From: Diadema antillarum
Lineage: Eukaryota
DNA length: 64,000 nt
Assembly (NCBI RefSeq): GCF_040938485.1
Contig: NW_027270972.1
Span: 1,240,001-1,304,000 of the forward strand
Direction: 5' to 3'
Shown: positions 11,299 through 25,540 of the stretch, in pieces
Layout: each line of letters starts with the position of its first letter
Position numbering within the stretch: position 1 is the first letter of the stretch
Notes under the pieces: model-generated
Database searches by the model: none
What the model saw: only the letters and a program-made list of their open reading frames with translations
What the model was told of the DNA's origin: nothing
Translations under genes and position numbers: made by a program

Positions 11299-12360
11299 AC
11301 ATGTACACCACACACCGCACACTACATGTCACGCAAACCACACATGTACAAATACATTGATATGGGATGACAAATGGCAGAGACAATAATATTCACTGGT
11401 ATCTTTCTCTGCATTTTTTTCTCCGACTGTGTAATTGTGTTTCTCACACGTTTGGTGAGTGAATATACCCTCTTTAAAGCTAGAACATTGTTGTCAGAAT
11501 TAAGGGCTTTCAAAATTCATCTTCTGCCATTTGGAATTTGCTTGCAAAGGTTCTACCAAGAAATTTTACATGGCTAACACAATTTGCCAGGATGATGAGT
11601 TGTGTTGGAGTATTCATTTTTTAGATCAAAAGTGCAAAATAAGTTTGATCGTAGTTCACAATTTTTATTCCAGAATAGCCCTCCCCATTCAGCATTGTTG
11701 GACTGTAGAATATTGCGTGATATAGATATTGCCCTTGCAATCACATTTTCTTACAGGCTGCATGCAATTCACGATTTGTCAATTATCAACAATCGATTAT
11801 AGAAATTATGTAGCAATCACAATCGGGTAATCTCTGAGATTGCGGACTTCTAGCGAACCTTTTCAGCTAATATTTCACATTTTTGTGATTACCCAACTGA
11901 AATTGTGTTATTACAGTGTTATTTCACACATTTCTTATGCAGACGTGTACATTTAAGAGCAATAATTGACAGTTCTGCAGGCATAAGAGAACTATGATTT
12001 TGCTTTAATAATTTCACAGCTGGAAATACAATTTACTCTTTTTAAACCCATTAATTGATACCCAGAAACCACATATCTGTGATTTGATGTTTATCATTTA
12101 TTGTAAGTTTAATTTTTGCTACCATTTCATTTTTCTTATGAGTCCTATTTTTGGTCTTATTCTATTGTTTATGTTGGTTACAAAATTTTATCAAAAATAT
12201 TGCTAAGAATTTTTAATTTGACAACATATTTTTGAAGAATAACATTAATGTGTCTGTCTAAATTGTCAAATTTTAACGTTTTTATTATGATTTTGTGCAT
12301 ATTTGGTAAATAAAGGCAGTTCTACTTAATTTTCTTCAGTGTGGGACAGCAGTCAGTAAA

Positions 12361-12490
12361 ATTCATTGTTGCCAATTTGATGAGGGCAAAGTAATGATTT
12401 CTGCAGCACAATAGCCCCAGGACTTGCGAGGTTGAATGACAATATTTTGTATACATGTTTTAATAATGAGATTCAGCCGAAATGCTATAA
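12361..12490 (+). repeat. Dispersed repeat, second copy at about 30545-30670
   Basis: Shared tgttgccaattt(g/a)atga(g/t)ggcaaa...gatttctgcagca...ccccagga(c/t)ttg...aggttgaat. Confidence 0.65.
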
Positions 12491-15119
12491 TTTGAATTCA
12501 TTCTCCAGGTTGATGATCACTATGAAAATGTTCACAGTATACTAACGTCCCCCGCAGTCCTCTACCTAGAAAGCAACCACACAATGTGGTTGGGAAATGG
12601 GTCATGACATGACAGGCTTCAGCCTTCCTGTTAGCCTCTGTGTATCTTTGTTGGGACCTTCCCATGACATTTAAAGGAGGCTTTCCCTATATGGAGAGAG
12701 AAGGTGTGATTTAATCCAGTCAAGGCCAAAACTTATAAGAATATCAAGCAAAACACAGACAATTATTGAGATGGGCAGAGCTGTTGCCAATGATTCCACG
12801 GACACTGTTTACATGTGGACTGATGAGAAGCACTGTGTATTTTCTTTGATATTTACTTTTAACATCTCAAACATTACTTGTAATATTTTTGTCAAGAGCA
12901 TACTTTTCCATAAAAGGTAATCTACAATATTCTTTTAATGCAACTGCTAGGCCATTTTTTTTTTTTATTAAGACAGTCGTTTTGAAAGCACATAGCAGGT
13001 AATCTTTTTTGTAGATTGATTGGTACACAAATTGTAAAAAGTTTTGATCTGTCAAATTTCACTGGGATATCCCCACAACTGTATCTTTTCCATTCGTACC
13101 TTCACAATTTAGATATATATATCTATCTTCCTTAGGATTAATCTTTTCGATAAATGTACTTGTTTTGTATCACTTGTTGTAGAACTCTATAGTTGTAGGT
13201 GAATTGCTGGTGGTTTAGGGTAATGAACATCCTGTTCGGGATGTGGAGAGGAAAATTTGCCCCGAAGTCATCCTGTTTCAAAGAAAAAAAGATTGATAAA
13301 AAGCATGGAACTTGGTTGGGACTCCCCCTCTGTCAGCAGCTTCCTTTGGTGTATGATGTATTATGTATGAGGAAATCAGTGCTCTGTTGGTATAGAGCTA
13401 AAGTTATCATTGTGTTAAGCTGTTTAATAGGTAATCAAAACTGTAGTCAATGGAAAGTGGTCAGGTGTGGAGTGACTTGGCCTTGTGATGACTGTTTATT
13501 ACTGTCACAATGGAAAAAGACTGTCATTGCTTTTTTTCCCCCATGAGCCCACAAACATTCTCAGTAAGACAAATTTCATAATGGTTGCAAAAACATCTAA
13601 TCGGCAAATGTTTATGTATCTGTATAATACACAGCAGAACTATGACAATGAAAAACAATTGATGAAACTGCATTTAAAGTTTGCAGATAGGCCTAAGTTC
13701 TGGCTGCTTCTAGGCTTGATGTAATGGTAATTTGTTAATTTGGACTATGTTTCATTAAGAAAGGATTACACACTGCACAAAGTGAAGGAAAAGTTACTTA
13801 TTACATATGATAAATGCATGTTTGAATATCAATCATGGGGGAAAAATTTGTAAATGCTTTTTTCATGCTTTCAACATTAACCATCTTTACCATCAGTCCA
13901 TTAATTAGTTCTCAGGTACCATAAACCTTTTGATATGATTATCATTTTTTCTCTCTCTTTCCTCTAATTTCCACATTATTTGCAAGTGAACTAATTATTT
14001 GCAAGTGAACTAATTCAAGAGCTCTCATCAATTCATTTGTGCTCAGTAGTTCTATTTTTATTAAACCATTATCATTTACTTGTTCTGTGTGCAGTGGGTT
14101 TACATTCTGTGAGCTTTAGCAACTTATTTTTTAAATTTGTGAGTCAGGGTTTATGTTGTAAGGAGTGTGATGAAATTTTGGGTCATACCATTGATATTAC
14201 ATATCTTAGATATTTTGGCCTTCGGATTTGACATTTGATACTTTATGGTACCTTGCTAGCTTTCTCATAGATCTGTATCATTCTGTGGCAGCCATTTTTA
14301 TTCAAGAGCAACTTTAAAAAAAAATATCAAAGTACAGTCATGGAAAGTTTGATTTTTGAAAGTACCTTGTCTAGATTATTGAATAGTGGGAGCATGCTTT
14401 GGACTTGTTCAAGATGGGCTAATATTTTGTAGGAAAAATGATTCTCAACCAAGGTAACACTAGGTAAGGCATAGTTTGCGATATGATCTTTCTTCCTTGT
14501 TTTCACACAAAGACAAAGGGGGAAGAACTGTCAAGGAAAATTTGAGTGTGAAAGATTACAGAATTACATTTCAAAGTTTGATACCTCTGGTAACTTAACA
14601 GATATAGTTCCAATATGAGGTGATCTCCAAATATTTTGCCACGGGTATCTATATCAAAGGCTGAGTGATATTCATGAGATGATGGATAGAAACAGCCTTC
14701 TTTGGGCTAAAGCGACAGATATCTCAGATGTTTTTCCCCAGACCCCCTGATGTTGGCAAGATTCACCCCCACCCCTTGTATTCAAGGCCAGTCGATGGCG
14801 CAGACCAAGCCATTACAGAAGGGGGAAGCTGAAGAGGAAAGGCCTTTATTAGACTCAACCCTTGCCATCCACGTCATAGTTCCTAGACACCTTCCTCCCG
14901 GGCTAACCCATAATCTTAGCAACTCTCCCCCCATCATTCCAGCTCCTCTCTTCTTGTTCAAGAATTGGCGCCCACGCATGCTCCTGTGGATCTGGCTGAT
15001 TTTGTAACACGCTCGTCTCTTTAAGTGTGTAAAATCGTGTGTCTGTGTGTGTGTGTGTATGTGTGTTTGTGTGTTGGGGTAAGTTTGTGAATCGCACACG
15101 CACAAGGGGAGGGGGGGGG

Positions 15120-15545
15120 GGGTAGACAACAAAGTGTGACTCGTACGTTAACAGATCTCCCCCAGTGCTACACACCCTGACTTGTCCTATTCATATCTCT
15201 TCCAAGCACAACGTCCCCCTGCGCTAGAACTGAAGGGATATTTTCGGCTGAGACGGCAAAAGGAACAGCAATGTACCATAACGGCTTTTGCATGTACAGG
15301 GCAATTACTATCGCCAGGATGTTGCACGTTGTGCCGTAAATGTAGCCACATAACCCAATTGCCGACCGTGGCAAACTCCCATGTAATTTACTGTCTGTCC
15401 GAGGCGTGCAGACTTTGCCTTTTAAGGCCGATCGCTGAAAGGTTGTCCCCGCTCTCACCCGTACGTGCAGTGACCGGGTACGTCTCCATGCTTACTGTGG
15501 ATGAGACATGACAATTGTGTCCTCTTTTATCATCTCCCCTCTCAG
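15120..15545 (+). promoter_or_regulatory. CpG-enriched region, candidate intronic alternative promoter / 5' UTR
   Basis: Non-repetitive, GC/CpG-elevated stretch after (TG)n and G tracts, directly upstream of a perfect GAG|GTAAGT donor. The function is inference only. Confidence 0.35.
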
Positions 15546-15610
15546 GAATTACAAAAGGAAAAATTCGACTCCCTGACCCGGTCATCTATGGGTAGAGACG
15601 ACAGAGCGAG
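15546..15610 (+). CDS. Candidate exon ending in phase 2 (ELQKEKFDSLTRSSMGRDDRA-S); probably an alternative first exon
   Basis: A pyrimidine tract and CAG at 15543-15545; only one of the three frames is open; in-frame ATGs at 15501 and 15588; donor GAG|gtaagt. The phase matches exon 38542. Confidence 0.45.
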
Positions 15611-16980
15611 GTAAGTTTTTGATCATCAAATTCATTATTTTACGTCAATTTTTCGGTATTCTGTTGCATCAAAAGACTCGTCCTTGTTTCCTGAGTCTTT
15701 CCTTCTTTCTACTCTGTGAATTGATACCATAATTGTTTGTATCTTGTAAAGCAATCATCCACAACTATAGTATCGTCCTGCTCATATATATTACTGTATC
15801 AAAGTTGATTCACGTAGCAAGAAGTTATGAGCAAACGGAGTGCTGTGGACAATGTTTAGAGTATTTCTGGAAATTGCAGGAAATGTTTGATATGTTTCAT
15901 CATGGTGAGTCACAGTGAGTGTTCTGAGAGGTCAGATTGTAGAATGGGTTTGCCTCAATTATACCTTAAAGGGTGATGGTTTTATTCATCGCCATTTACT
16001 TGTAGTTTTTAACAATTTCTGTGCACTCTGCACTGCACATGCAGATGCCAACAACATGGTTTGTTGTGCAAAAGTCGCCTGGCAGGCCAGGCAACGCGTG
16101 CATACTCTTGTGTTTACGGTAATGCATTTCCTGTTGGTGGGGTACGGGCTGGAAATGGCTCTTTGCGCCCCGTTGGCCGTCCACGACAGGCAATCTTATC
16201 AATCAATCTCTGCTAGTCTTGACGGGCCCTGGAGTCCTGTAAGACGTCAGTGCCCGGCAGGAACTGTGGCAGGGACGTTGGGGTTTCCAAGGGAAGCCAT
16301 CAAAGTCAAAACGAAGACACTAACTTCAGCAGAGCCAGACGGCGCATGGTTGAACTTTATGAATATATGCCTCAAGAGAAGAATAAAGGAGATAGTATGA
16401 AATTTTGAGCTCTTACCTTCAGAGAGCCTTGAATTGTGATTAACTTTTTGTACCACCTGATGTTCAAAGTTTATTCTTGAATTCATTACTGTTTTGAATG
16501 TTTGGATTGATTACTTTAAGTCCCGTGTGTCACCATAGTTTCCATTAGAATGAAACCCATAGCAAAGTCAACTTCTTTTCTTTTTTTATTAAAGTTTCAG
16601 TTCGAATCTATTCAAGTTATTTTCATTTTATGAATACAATACTTTGCTGACAACCTGCAATCTGAATGTTAGGCCTATGCAATAATATTTCAATCCTTAT
16701 GTCAGTTAGACAGTATATTATGGGGTATGAGTTTTCTTCAATTTGTCTCCCTCTGTACTTGCTTTCATTTAGTAATACAATTATATTCTGAAAAAGAAAA
16801 TAAATAAATGAAGGAATGGACACTTAATGTATGGAAAATGGTTGGAAACTGTGCATCCCTTCAAGTCTTGCCTTGTATTTTCTTCAAATGTAGCTTGTCA
16901 AATCCTTTGACAAACTTGTATATCATTTGTTTATCATAATCTTTCCATATACTTGTGTTTGCCAGGTATGGGCTACTCCA

Positions 16981-17070
16981 AGATAATGACAATGATAATA
17001 GAAATAATGATAATGATAATGATAACAATAACAACAACAACAATAATAATAATGATAATAATGATAATAG
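16981..17070. repeat. (AAT/GAT/AAC)n microsatellite
   Basis: Directly visible. Confidence 0.9.
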
Positions 17071-17599
17071 TGGCTACTTGTACAGCGCACAGGTCCACCT
17101 TTCGGTGCTCATGGTGCTTCAAAAAAAATGAAAAGATAGATTACATGTTCAGACAACATGATGCAGTGGTCACACTATGCTTAATAAAAGGGTACAGTTC
17201 AGTTTTTTAAAGTACCTTTGATACTCATTCCTCATCATGTAGGGTGCTCAGTTCATGTTTTTGGATGTTCATTTGTCCATCCCATATCCTGATATAATTA
17301 TTGGAATTGGTGAAAAAACAAACAAACATTCAATAGATTATCATCATACTTGGTCTCTATGTGTTGATCAAATTTTTCTAGACTATCAAATCAAGTATTG
17401 GAAGAAGTGACAGCAGACACAATACGATAAATTCAACAAGAAGAAACAATAAGACTAGACATAACAAGATGAGACAAATGAGAGTATGAAAAAAGAGTAA
17501 ATTGCATCAGTGCCGTAAATGTGGGGTTTACAAGAAGCAAATAATTGCAAAAGCACTCAGAGAGTGCCAAGCCTCTACCAAGCAGCTCATTTCCACCCA

Positions 17600-17830
17600 C
17601 ATTGTGATGTCCCCACAATGAAGAATCTTTTTAAAATTCAAAATAATTCCTGGATCTAGACAGTGATCCTGATCACTACGAAAATTCGGTCATCTCTTTC
17701 TTGTGTCGTTATCAACTTTTCCTGAAAATTTCATCCAAATCCAGTCATAACTTTTTGAGCTATTTTGCAAACAAGAAGACAAACAAAAACCATCACTGGC
17801 AAAAACATAACCTCCTTGGAAGAGGATATG
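17600..17830 (-). mobile_element. Fragment of a second HINE-like family
   Basis: aaaacataacctccttgg(a)agagg end and internal ggatctagacagtgatcctgatcac motif resemble short Helentron-type elements of aquatic deuterostomes. Recognised from memory, not from a search. Confidence 0.4.
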
Positions 17831-18879
17831 AAAGTTGGTGGACCAAATTTGTCGATTGGAAAAAAAATAAAATATATATATGTATATATATCTTTACTAA
17901 TTACAATAATCATTTGCCGAGGATGATACAAGAACTGTTGAGGTGTGATGTAAAGAAAGGCAATTTCAATGCTTTTTGAGAGCATCATCAAATTTGTTCC
18001 AAAATATTTGGTTATCATTCTTTTTAAATCTTATGTTTTGTGGCATAATCATTTATTGTGCAAAGTCAAATACAGTTCTTGATATTGTAAGATTTTGATT
18101 AAAGGGATTTTAAGGCAAGAATTTTGGGTTTATGGACCTCTATGGTTGTGAGGAAGTTTGATTTATTTTATGTTAGATAGCAGTTTAACAGAAGTGATTG
18201 TAATTTTTGGGATTGCAAGCAAGCCTATCACTCATCAAGGATAGACATGAGAGAGAAGACAGCTCATGTGTTCCTGGCTGATTGCTCGTCTCTTGCCCTC
18301 GACTTCCCATTGTTCGCCGTTAGCACCGAGGAAAACAATGGAGAATGTGTTATTTATCGTGTCATCCTTGTGTGCCTGTGTGCCCTGAGTCAAAGTGCTG
18401 TCGTAGTTTCGGTACTATTTGAAGGTGCCAGAGGCATGCATGTGTGTTAGCACTGCACTTAGCAGTGGTGAAATGCTGCCTTACAACCTGTTAGTGTGTA
18501 AATGTTTGTCAAAATACCAACAACATATAAATTTGTAGAGTGTGGTAATTATGATGGTGACATAAAAAATGCTGCAAATAATAATAATGATGATAGTAGT
18601 AGTAGAGATAGGAACAGCAATTCTGATGATAATGTTGACATAATAAGAGTACAGTAGCAATAATACTTGCGATAATAATAGTGGTATCTCAATATCTCGA
18701 TATCTCAAGTGTGCACATTTGAAAAACAAGACACTCTTGTTGTGCAGTTATTGAAATATATTTTTCAAACAGAAAACTAGCAAATAACCAGGACAAGCAT
18801 GTCAAAAGTTATGTCTGGTAAATACAAAAAATAGGGCTAAATTGCAAGGATGATATGAACCTGGCAACCGAACACACAT

Positions 18880-18923
18880 ATATACACACACAATATGCAC
18901 ACACACGCACATGCGTGCATATC

Positions 18924-18959
<36 letters not shown>

Positions 18960-18980
18960 AATACACACACACACATGCAC
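18880..18980. repeat. (CA)n microsatellite
   Basis: Directly visible. Confidence 0.9.
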
Positions 18981-19989
18981 TGAAGGGTGCCTATGTCTGG
19001 TTTAGAAAGTAGCAGCTTCCTTTGTTTCTATGATCTCACGATAATCAGCATGATATTATAGTTTATACAAAGTGTTACTCAACTTTATGGGTTTCTCTTA
19101 TGTTCTGTGAGGAGAGCCTGTAAAAAGAGACTTGGTAACACTCAGACAAGAAGAAGTCTTAAATGTTCCTCTGGGTTCTGAGAAATGAAAAGTTTTAAAT
19201 CTGTGATCATGCATAGTTCACATCCAAAATATATGTACAAGATGAAAGAGAGATTTACATACATTTTAAAAAGTGTACAATGATTTGAGAATATTTGTGG
19301 AGTGCCAGACTAATGTAAACTCATTGAGACTTATGTCCAATGTACATCCCCTTTTATATACTTTTTTGAATATTGTAAGTGATCATAATTTGCATCCATG
19401 CTCTGAATACTGGAAAACTTGACAGTCACTTACTCCTGAGACTTAGATAATTTGTCAATATCAAACAGGGGCAAATCAGGGGTTCATCGTACACAGTGGC
19501 TTGTCACAAAACAGCTGACTACATTGCACAGGCTGATGTGTCCGTCTTCGCTGGAAGTGCCGAGCGTTCGTAAAGCAGTCATCACAAGGAAGTCACATGG
19601 TCGCATGCCAGACAAACTCTACATGCAGGAACAACTTTTTTCTCTGGCTATGATCGTCACATCTACCCCTTTAAAACTAATATTATGTTTATGTGGACTC
19701 ATTTATAGTGAGCAGGATTTGTATGCTCAGTATTCATCAACATCCCTTCACATTAGATTTTGTTGCAAAAAAAAAATCAAGTGAGTTGATATTGATTTTG
19801 CTCTTCTAAGATTGGTAAAATGGTAAAATTATCACCATTATAAATTCACTGTTGAGGTAAACTTTACTATGAGGTAAAATTATGTCCTGTAATATGGCAC
19901 AATTTCTTTAACCATGACCATTCACTCTGTCCTGTTAATAGAAGAGTTGCTATTCTCTTGAATGGGTGCTGTTCATTATATATTCTGAA

Positions 19990-20969
19990 TAGTAGGGCAG
20001 ATATGTAACAAAAATTGGTCGAGATGCTCACATCCGGCGGAAAGTATGAAATTTGCCATAAAGGGGTATTTTGGGGCGCTGATTTCAGAAATTACCGGAT
20101 CCAAGGAATCTGACCACGGGGTCGGCAGCCATTTTGAATTCCAATATGGCCGCCATCACAAAACAAATTTAAAGATCCCTATTTTCAGTTCTGAATGACC
20201 TGTGGTACCAAAACTTGGTACACAAGAGCGTTTTGACATATTGAATTTGATGATAGATTAATTTGAAATGTCTGACAAACATCAAATAGCCGCCGTTTTG
20301 AATTCCAATATGGCCGCCTCGATGAAATGTTCAAAATCATTATCTCGAGTTCTAAGTGGTGAGTGGCGCTGAAATTAGGTGCAAACAAGTATATCAACAT
20401 ACTGAGTTTAAGAATTGACTAATGTGATGTGTCTGACAAACGCAATGCCCGCTATTTTGAATTCCAAATATGGTTGCGAAGACAAATATCACGACTAACA
20501 TTCACGGGCATGCCAAAAAGTGCAGCAAAAATGAAGCATAATGCGCCTGTCACTGACGTCACAATGTAAATACAGCACTGCGCACTCAATCAGTTACAAA
20601 CGCGCGCTTAATCTGGTAGCCTAATTTACAAAGCCAAGATAGAGATTTTCAGCATTCCAACATGGTAACTATGTAAGAAAATTCAAATTAGCTGCCGTGC
20701 AGCTTGTCAGACATGTCAAATAAGTCTGTTATTGAAGTTACCATATCACCATGCTTTTACGTATCAAATTCCAATGGCTTATGTCATTCAGAACTGAAGA
20801 TAGGGATCTCTGACGGCGGCCATATTGGAATTCAAAATGGCGGCCGACCCCGAGGCCAGATCTCTTGGATCCGGCAATTTTTGAAATCAGCACCCCAAAA
20901 TACCCCTATGTGCAAAATTTCATACTTTCCGCCGGATGTGAACATTTTTTTCACATATCTGCCCCACTA
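19990..20969. mobile_element. 980-bp non-autonomous element with about 165-bp TIRs, Academ-like
   Basis: TAGT(a/g)GGGCAGATATG ... CATATCTGCCCCACTA termini; the arms 19990-20158 and 20811-20969 are inverted; flanks GAA/GGA suggest a 3-bp TSD. TAG termini with long TIRs fit Academ (inference). Confidence 0.65.
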
Positions 20970-20992
20970 GGATTTGTTTTAAATTAAAAGGT

Positions 20993-21575
20993 GAAATAAG
21001 GTTCATCATTCCAAAATACACAAATTCTGTATACTTTATGTTCACCAATCCAGAATTGAAAAAAAGAAATGTTTGTAAATCCCAGCATTTAAAGCATTAT
21101 CAATAGGCTCATTATTCCGAAAATTAAATAAGGCGTCTTATTCCAAAGGTCCATTTACCTGAAAATGAAATTAGTTGTTAGTTATTAGAAATTAATTATT
21201 CTGAAGATTCATTAGTCTGAATTTTAAAAAAAGTTTGTTATTCCAAAAATGAAATAAAGTTCATTATTCCCAAAATGAAGAGATGGTGCATACTTTTAAA
21301 TGAAATTTGGAATTACAAACCTTATTTCATTTTTGGATACTGAACTTTGGTAATAATGAACCTTTTTTCATATTTGTTTTCAGATGTATAGACCCTTGGA
21401 ATAACAGACCTTATTTAATTTTTGGTTTAACAAACCTTTGGAATAACTAACTTTGTTTCATTTTCAGAATTAGGAACCTTTGGAATAATGAACTTTTGGA
21501 ATAATAAACCTCACTTCATTTTTGGAATTACAAACTTTCCGAATAGGGAACCTTTGGAAGAACCAACTGTAACCC
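20993..21575. mobile_element. Mirror-structured MITE built of degenerate short repeats, copy 1
   Basis: The left half repeats aaataaggttcattattccgaa-like units and the right half repeats their reverse complement. The same family occurs at 26204-26793. Confidence 0.65.
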
Positions 21576-21617
21576 TCTTCAACATGTGAAGACTGTCAAG
21601 AGGAAGCTTTCACTATG

Positions 21618-21775
21618 TACTGCATAACTCCAGAAATTTTTGCATGCATGAAACTTCTGCAAATTTCGTGAGGAGCCAAGATTCACAAAAATGATATGCC
21701 TGCAAAAGCTTTTGTCTAGACAATGCATTGCAATTCATGAAAGTTCATGCTGTGAATGTTTCTGGTTTTACAGTA
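21618..21775. mobile_element. TA-flanked MITE (TACTGTAAA family)
   Basis: tactgcataac ... ggttttacagta ends; the internal gagccaagattcac is shared with 28122 and (inverted) 58432. Confidence 0.6.
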
Positions 21776-21776
21776 C

Positions 21777-22169
21777 TTAAGGGATGGTAGGCCTACAGTA
21801 TTGGTGGAGATGAGAATTGGGCTTTAACTTTTTGCGAGATACCAAGAAAACACTTATGAAATAGTACAGAGCATACCATTTTAAGAGGAATTCAAAGTTT
21901 ATTTGATGAAAATCGGGTTTGGGATGACTTAAACATCCAAAAACAAAGTAAAACAAAGCGATCGTAATGAAGTGTGGGTCCCACACTTTATTTGAATGGC
22001 TCTGTTTGGGATATCTCAGCCATTTCAAAACCAAATTTCATCAAATAACTTTGAATTCCTCATGGAATTACATGCTCATTCATATTTTGTAAGAGGTTTC
22101 TCATTATCTCACAAAAAAATATTAGAAACCTGAAATTAGGTCTCAACCAAAACTATACGATCCCTTTAA
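21777..22169 (+). mobile_element. Kolobok-like MITE, family K2 copy 1
   Basis: TTAA-gggat ... atccct-TTAA; nearly identical to 49367-49757. Confidence 0.8.
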
Positions 22170-22797
22170 AACATTATATTGTTGTTGTATACAGTGCCTT
22201 CATGTGTCAGCTTGGCACAGTACCTCATTGTAATAGGAGCATGTTCATATTGGATACAAAACATATACAATTGAACAACATACAGTAATGTGTGATATCA
22301 ATTGTTTTGTGCCGTCAGAACACAGTTTCTTTCAGTTTCATTTATTTGAATAATGTTGGTTGCACTATGGTATGTAGTGTGGCTTACATTTCCATGTCCT
22401 TGCATAGAGTACTGGTATGAGATATAGGGACTTGTCAGACTTCCAGCATGCCATATGTGAAACTTTTTTCCATGCTTGTTATTAGCACTGTGTGTCTTCT
22501 TAAAAATCCAAAACTTCAGAATTTTTGGGAGATGAGATATTTAATACACTCTAGGGTAACTAAATGATGGATAATATGAACCATTGGCTATAATGATATT
22601 GTAGCAGTAATCAAATGTAAGGTCTATTGGAGTATTAAAGTGCAGTACAACATACTTTCTTAAATGATGTTAAAATGGATACTGTGCTCTGAAGTTGCAT
22701 GTTAACCTTTTGAGGTGAGACCAGGTTTTACCAAAGTTAATGGGAGTATATTATGTAATTAAGAGGTGGAAATATTTGTTGCATTCATAGGAACCCT

Positions 22798-24025
22798 TTA
22801 AAGACATTATTTACCATTTTTAAATGAAAAAAAAAACAGCTTTGGTGCTTCAAAATAGTTCTAAAATGTGAGTTAGGGATAGAAGCAACCAATGTAAAAA
22901 TGTTAATCAGTATAGTCAATGTCAAGTATTGTTAAATATACAAAATGTGAACAATAATTATGATAAAATTGTTTCTAGAATAAACCATCTACAGTTACGG
23001 TTTATTGAGAGAAATAAGGCGTGTCTTCATCAGCCCGAAGTTCAAACTAGCGGGACATCTTGCGGTCTTAGAAAATAGCCCGATACAGGGAATGTGCGTC
23101 TTCATCAGCTCGAACAACCTGCTTCAGGAAATTAGTCCGAAAATTGACGCATGCGCACTTTGCAATATTACTCTGCCTGGCTCGCGGTTCGAAAGTGGAT
23201 TTCCCCGCTCAAAATCTCCTATATCACCGTATGTACGATTCTACAACCAGGGAGGTGAGCAGTACAGTAAATTCTCTCCAAAGGGATATTAATAACGCTA
23301 CCATTTCTTCTGGCCGGTGAGGCATCTTATGTGAAATTAACAAAATTAACAAAATTGCAATGCTTAAACAAATCCAAAATGCACACAATCTGCAAGAATC
23401 TTCAGCTAAGGTAGAGTGGACCAGAAGAAGAAGTTTACAAAAAAACAGCTAGCATGCATGGCACTGACTTTTAATAGGGAGGTGAGAGAAATCACCTCCC
23501 TGTTTTTAAAGATGACAACAACAGTAGGCCTATAGTACACACATGTGATCCTTGAATACACCGTGCGTGTAATGTACTATACACAGTCACTAGCTTGTAC
23601 ATGCGCTTTCCATTGCCAGCTGGCTAACCAGAAGCGGTGAGGGATCGAGAAAATTTCGGACTGATGGAGACGCACCCAAAATAGGGCGCTATTTCACGAA
23701 TTAGCGCTCTAGTTGACGAACTAGACCAAGATTTGGGGGGAAATTTTCCTGATCAAATAGCGCGCTATTTGCGTCTTCACTACACAGATAGCGCGCTATT
23801 TTGACATAGGACTAGTTTGGTAACCGCAAGATAGCGCGCTATTTTGAAACTTCGGGCTGATGAAGACACGCCTATAGTGATATCTTGTTACATATTCTAA
23901 GCTTTATTGCATTTTTTTTTTAATGATAGGATGTTTTGTGATATAACTGACTGTACATATGCATCAAATGTGATTACTCGAACATTTTTTAAATCACTGC
24001 CCCCAATGGTAAACACTACCTTTAA
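22798..24025 (+). mobile_element. Kolobok-like MITE, family K3, carrying a nested insertion
   Basis: TTAA-agacattatttaccatt ... aatggtaaacactacct-TTAA. With 23017-23873 removed it is collinear with 27569-27933. Confidence 0.75.
23017..23873. mobile_element. 857-bp PIF/Harbinger-like non-autonomous element nested in K3
   Basis: About 30-bp TIR aggcgtgtcttcatcagcccgaagtt / aacttcgggctgatgaagacacgcct; 3-bp direct repeat ATA on both sides; internal repeats of (a)atagcgcgctat(t) and gcgtcttca. Confidence 0.8.
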
Positions 24026-25098
24026 GTTCTCAGCTAACCATCTAGAATGAGTACCCCATCAAAACAAAAACAAAAGGAATGGAGACATAGTAGCACTTGG
24101 ATCCACCAAGGGATTTTTTTTTTTTTATACTGAAACACTTAAATTTGGATGTGAGTAATGGTGCATATGCGTGTCATGCAGAGTTTACAGTTAACAGTAT
24201 TAGGACAATGTGGCCCGGGAAAGGTGAAATATGTTCAAGCATATAGGAAGCAGTGCTCATAGCTCTTTTTAAGACAGAAAAGTTTGTAAATCAAGTTTAG
24301 ATCAAACCACCCTTGTACAATTGCATAGTTAAAATAGCAAATGTTGTTTTCAATTCATAGGCAGCCAAAGTGGTAGATATTTGGGTTGCGCTAATCCTCT
24401 CTGTTAGGATACGGTAATTTAAATAATTGAGGTATAATTGAGAGGTTGAGGAGCTTTTCGTCATGTTGGCAGGTCAGGTTGAAAGCACCCATTCAGCTTA
24501 TGGGGTGTAATATTGATAAGCACTTCAAAGTGAGAAGGCATATGGTCTGTACTATTTGCAACATGTAAAACATCATCTACAACTGATTGTTGTCAAAATC
24601 GCACAAATTGGAATGTGCTGAAAACTTTAATTGTCTCATGTGGCCTGTTACAGTTTCCTGCCTGGATTTCACCAAGGAATAAATGCAGCAAATTATAAAT
24701 GGGGAATGAAACCCCAATATATGGTTGGATGCATCACTACTTGTATTAATAGAACACGGCAGTGAAGTTTTAGGAAAATTGGCCTATAGATCTGTTCAAA
24801 AGCTATCATGCATTTTGAAAAATTCCATTTTTCATGAAAAGTACATGTTGTTCTTTCTACTTGTTACTGATATATGTCTAGGGTAATATTGGACCCCCAA
24901 CTTCTGAAAGAGGCATTTAGAAAACCAAGCGCTCTTTCAGTACACTTGAAAAATGCAAAATTTATTGAATTTTGTTCATACTTTCTTTATATCATTGTCA
25001 GACTGTGACACCATGAATTGTAATGTTTTATCTACCAGTGGCAGTACATACCAAAACTTAACAAATTCATAACTTTTATACAGATTGTTTGGTTTTCC

Positions 25099-25540
25099 TT
25101 AAAGGGCCATTCCAGACGACTTTCATAATTTCACATCATGTGGTACATAAATCAACAGCTCCATGTATAAATTTTTGGAATTTATTACGGTTCTTAAGCA
25201 GAGAAACAATACTTTGAAAAACCTTTAAACAAATTACACTGAACAAGGATGATGATATTGGAGGCTCACATATTCAGAAATGTAGCAGTGTAATTCCATT
25301 ACAAAACCGCTTGCTTGCGAGTTCACTTGTGTATAATCTATGCATGCCTTCTTCTTTTGTTCTGCTTCCTTGAGCCCCAACTCAGGCATTCTTACGGTGA
25401 CCCTGCCATGTCATCATCCTTGTTCATTGCAATTTGTTATAAATTTCGAAAATATTCTTGTTCTTCATCCCAATTATCATGAATTCAGAAACTCTGTTTC
25501 AAATGTAAAAATCTGAAAATCATCCGGAGGTCTCCTTTAA
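25099..25540. mobile_element. Kolobok-like MITE, family K4
   Basis: TTAA-agggccattccagacga ... tcatccggaggtctcct-TTAA imperfect TIRs. Confidence 0.55.

Noticed and set aside
12509-12607. Acceptor followed by VDDHYENV (YENV motif)
   Set aside because: A stop follows, there is no good donor, and the phase does not fit the gene model.
15915-16400. 161-aa ORF
   Set aside because: Non-ATG start, no recognisable domain and no convincing splice boundaries; more likely CpG-rich regulatory DNA.
19467-19700. GC-elevated exon-like stretch with a vague Sushi/CCP-like Cys pattern
   Set aside because: Stops interrupt the candidate frames and the Cys/Trp spacing is not convincing.
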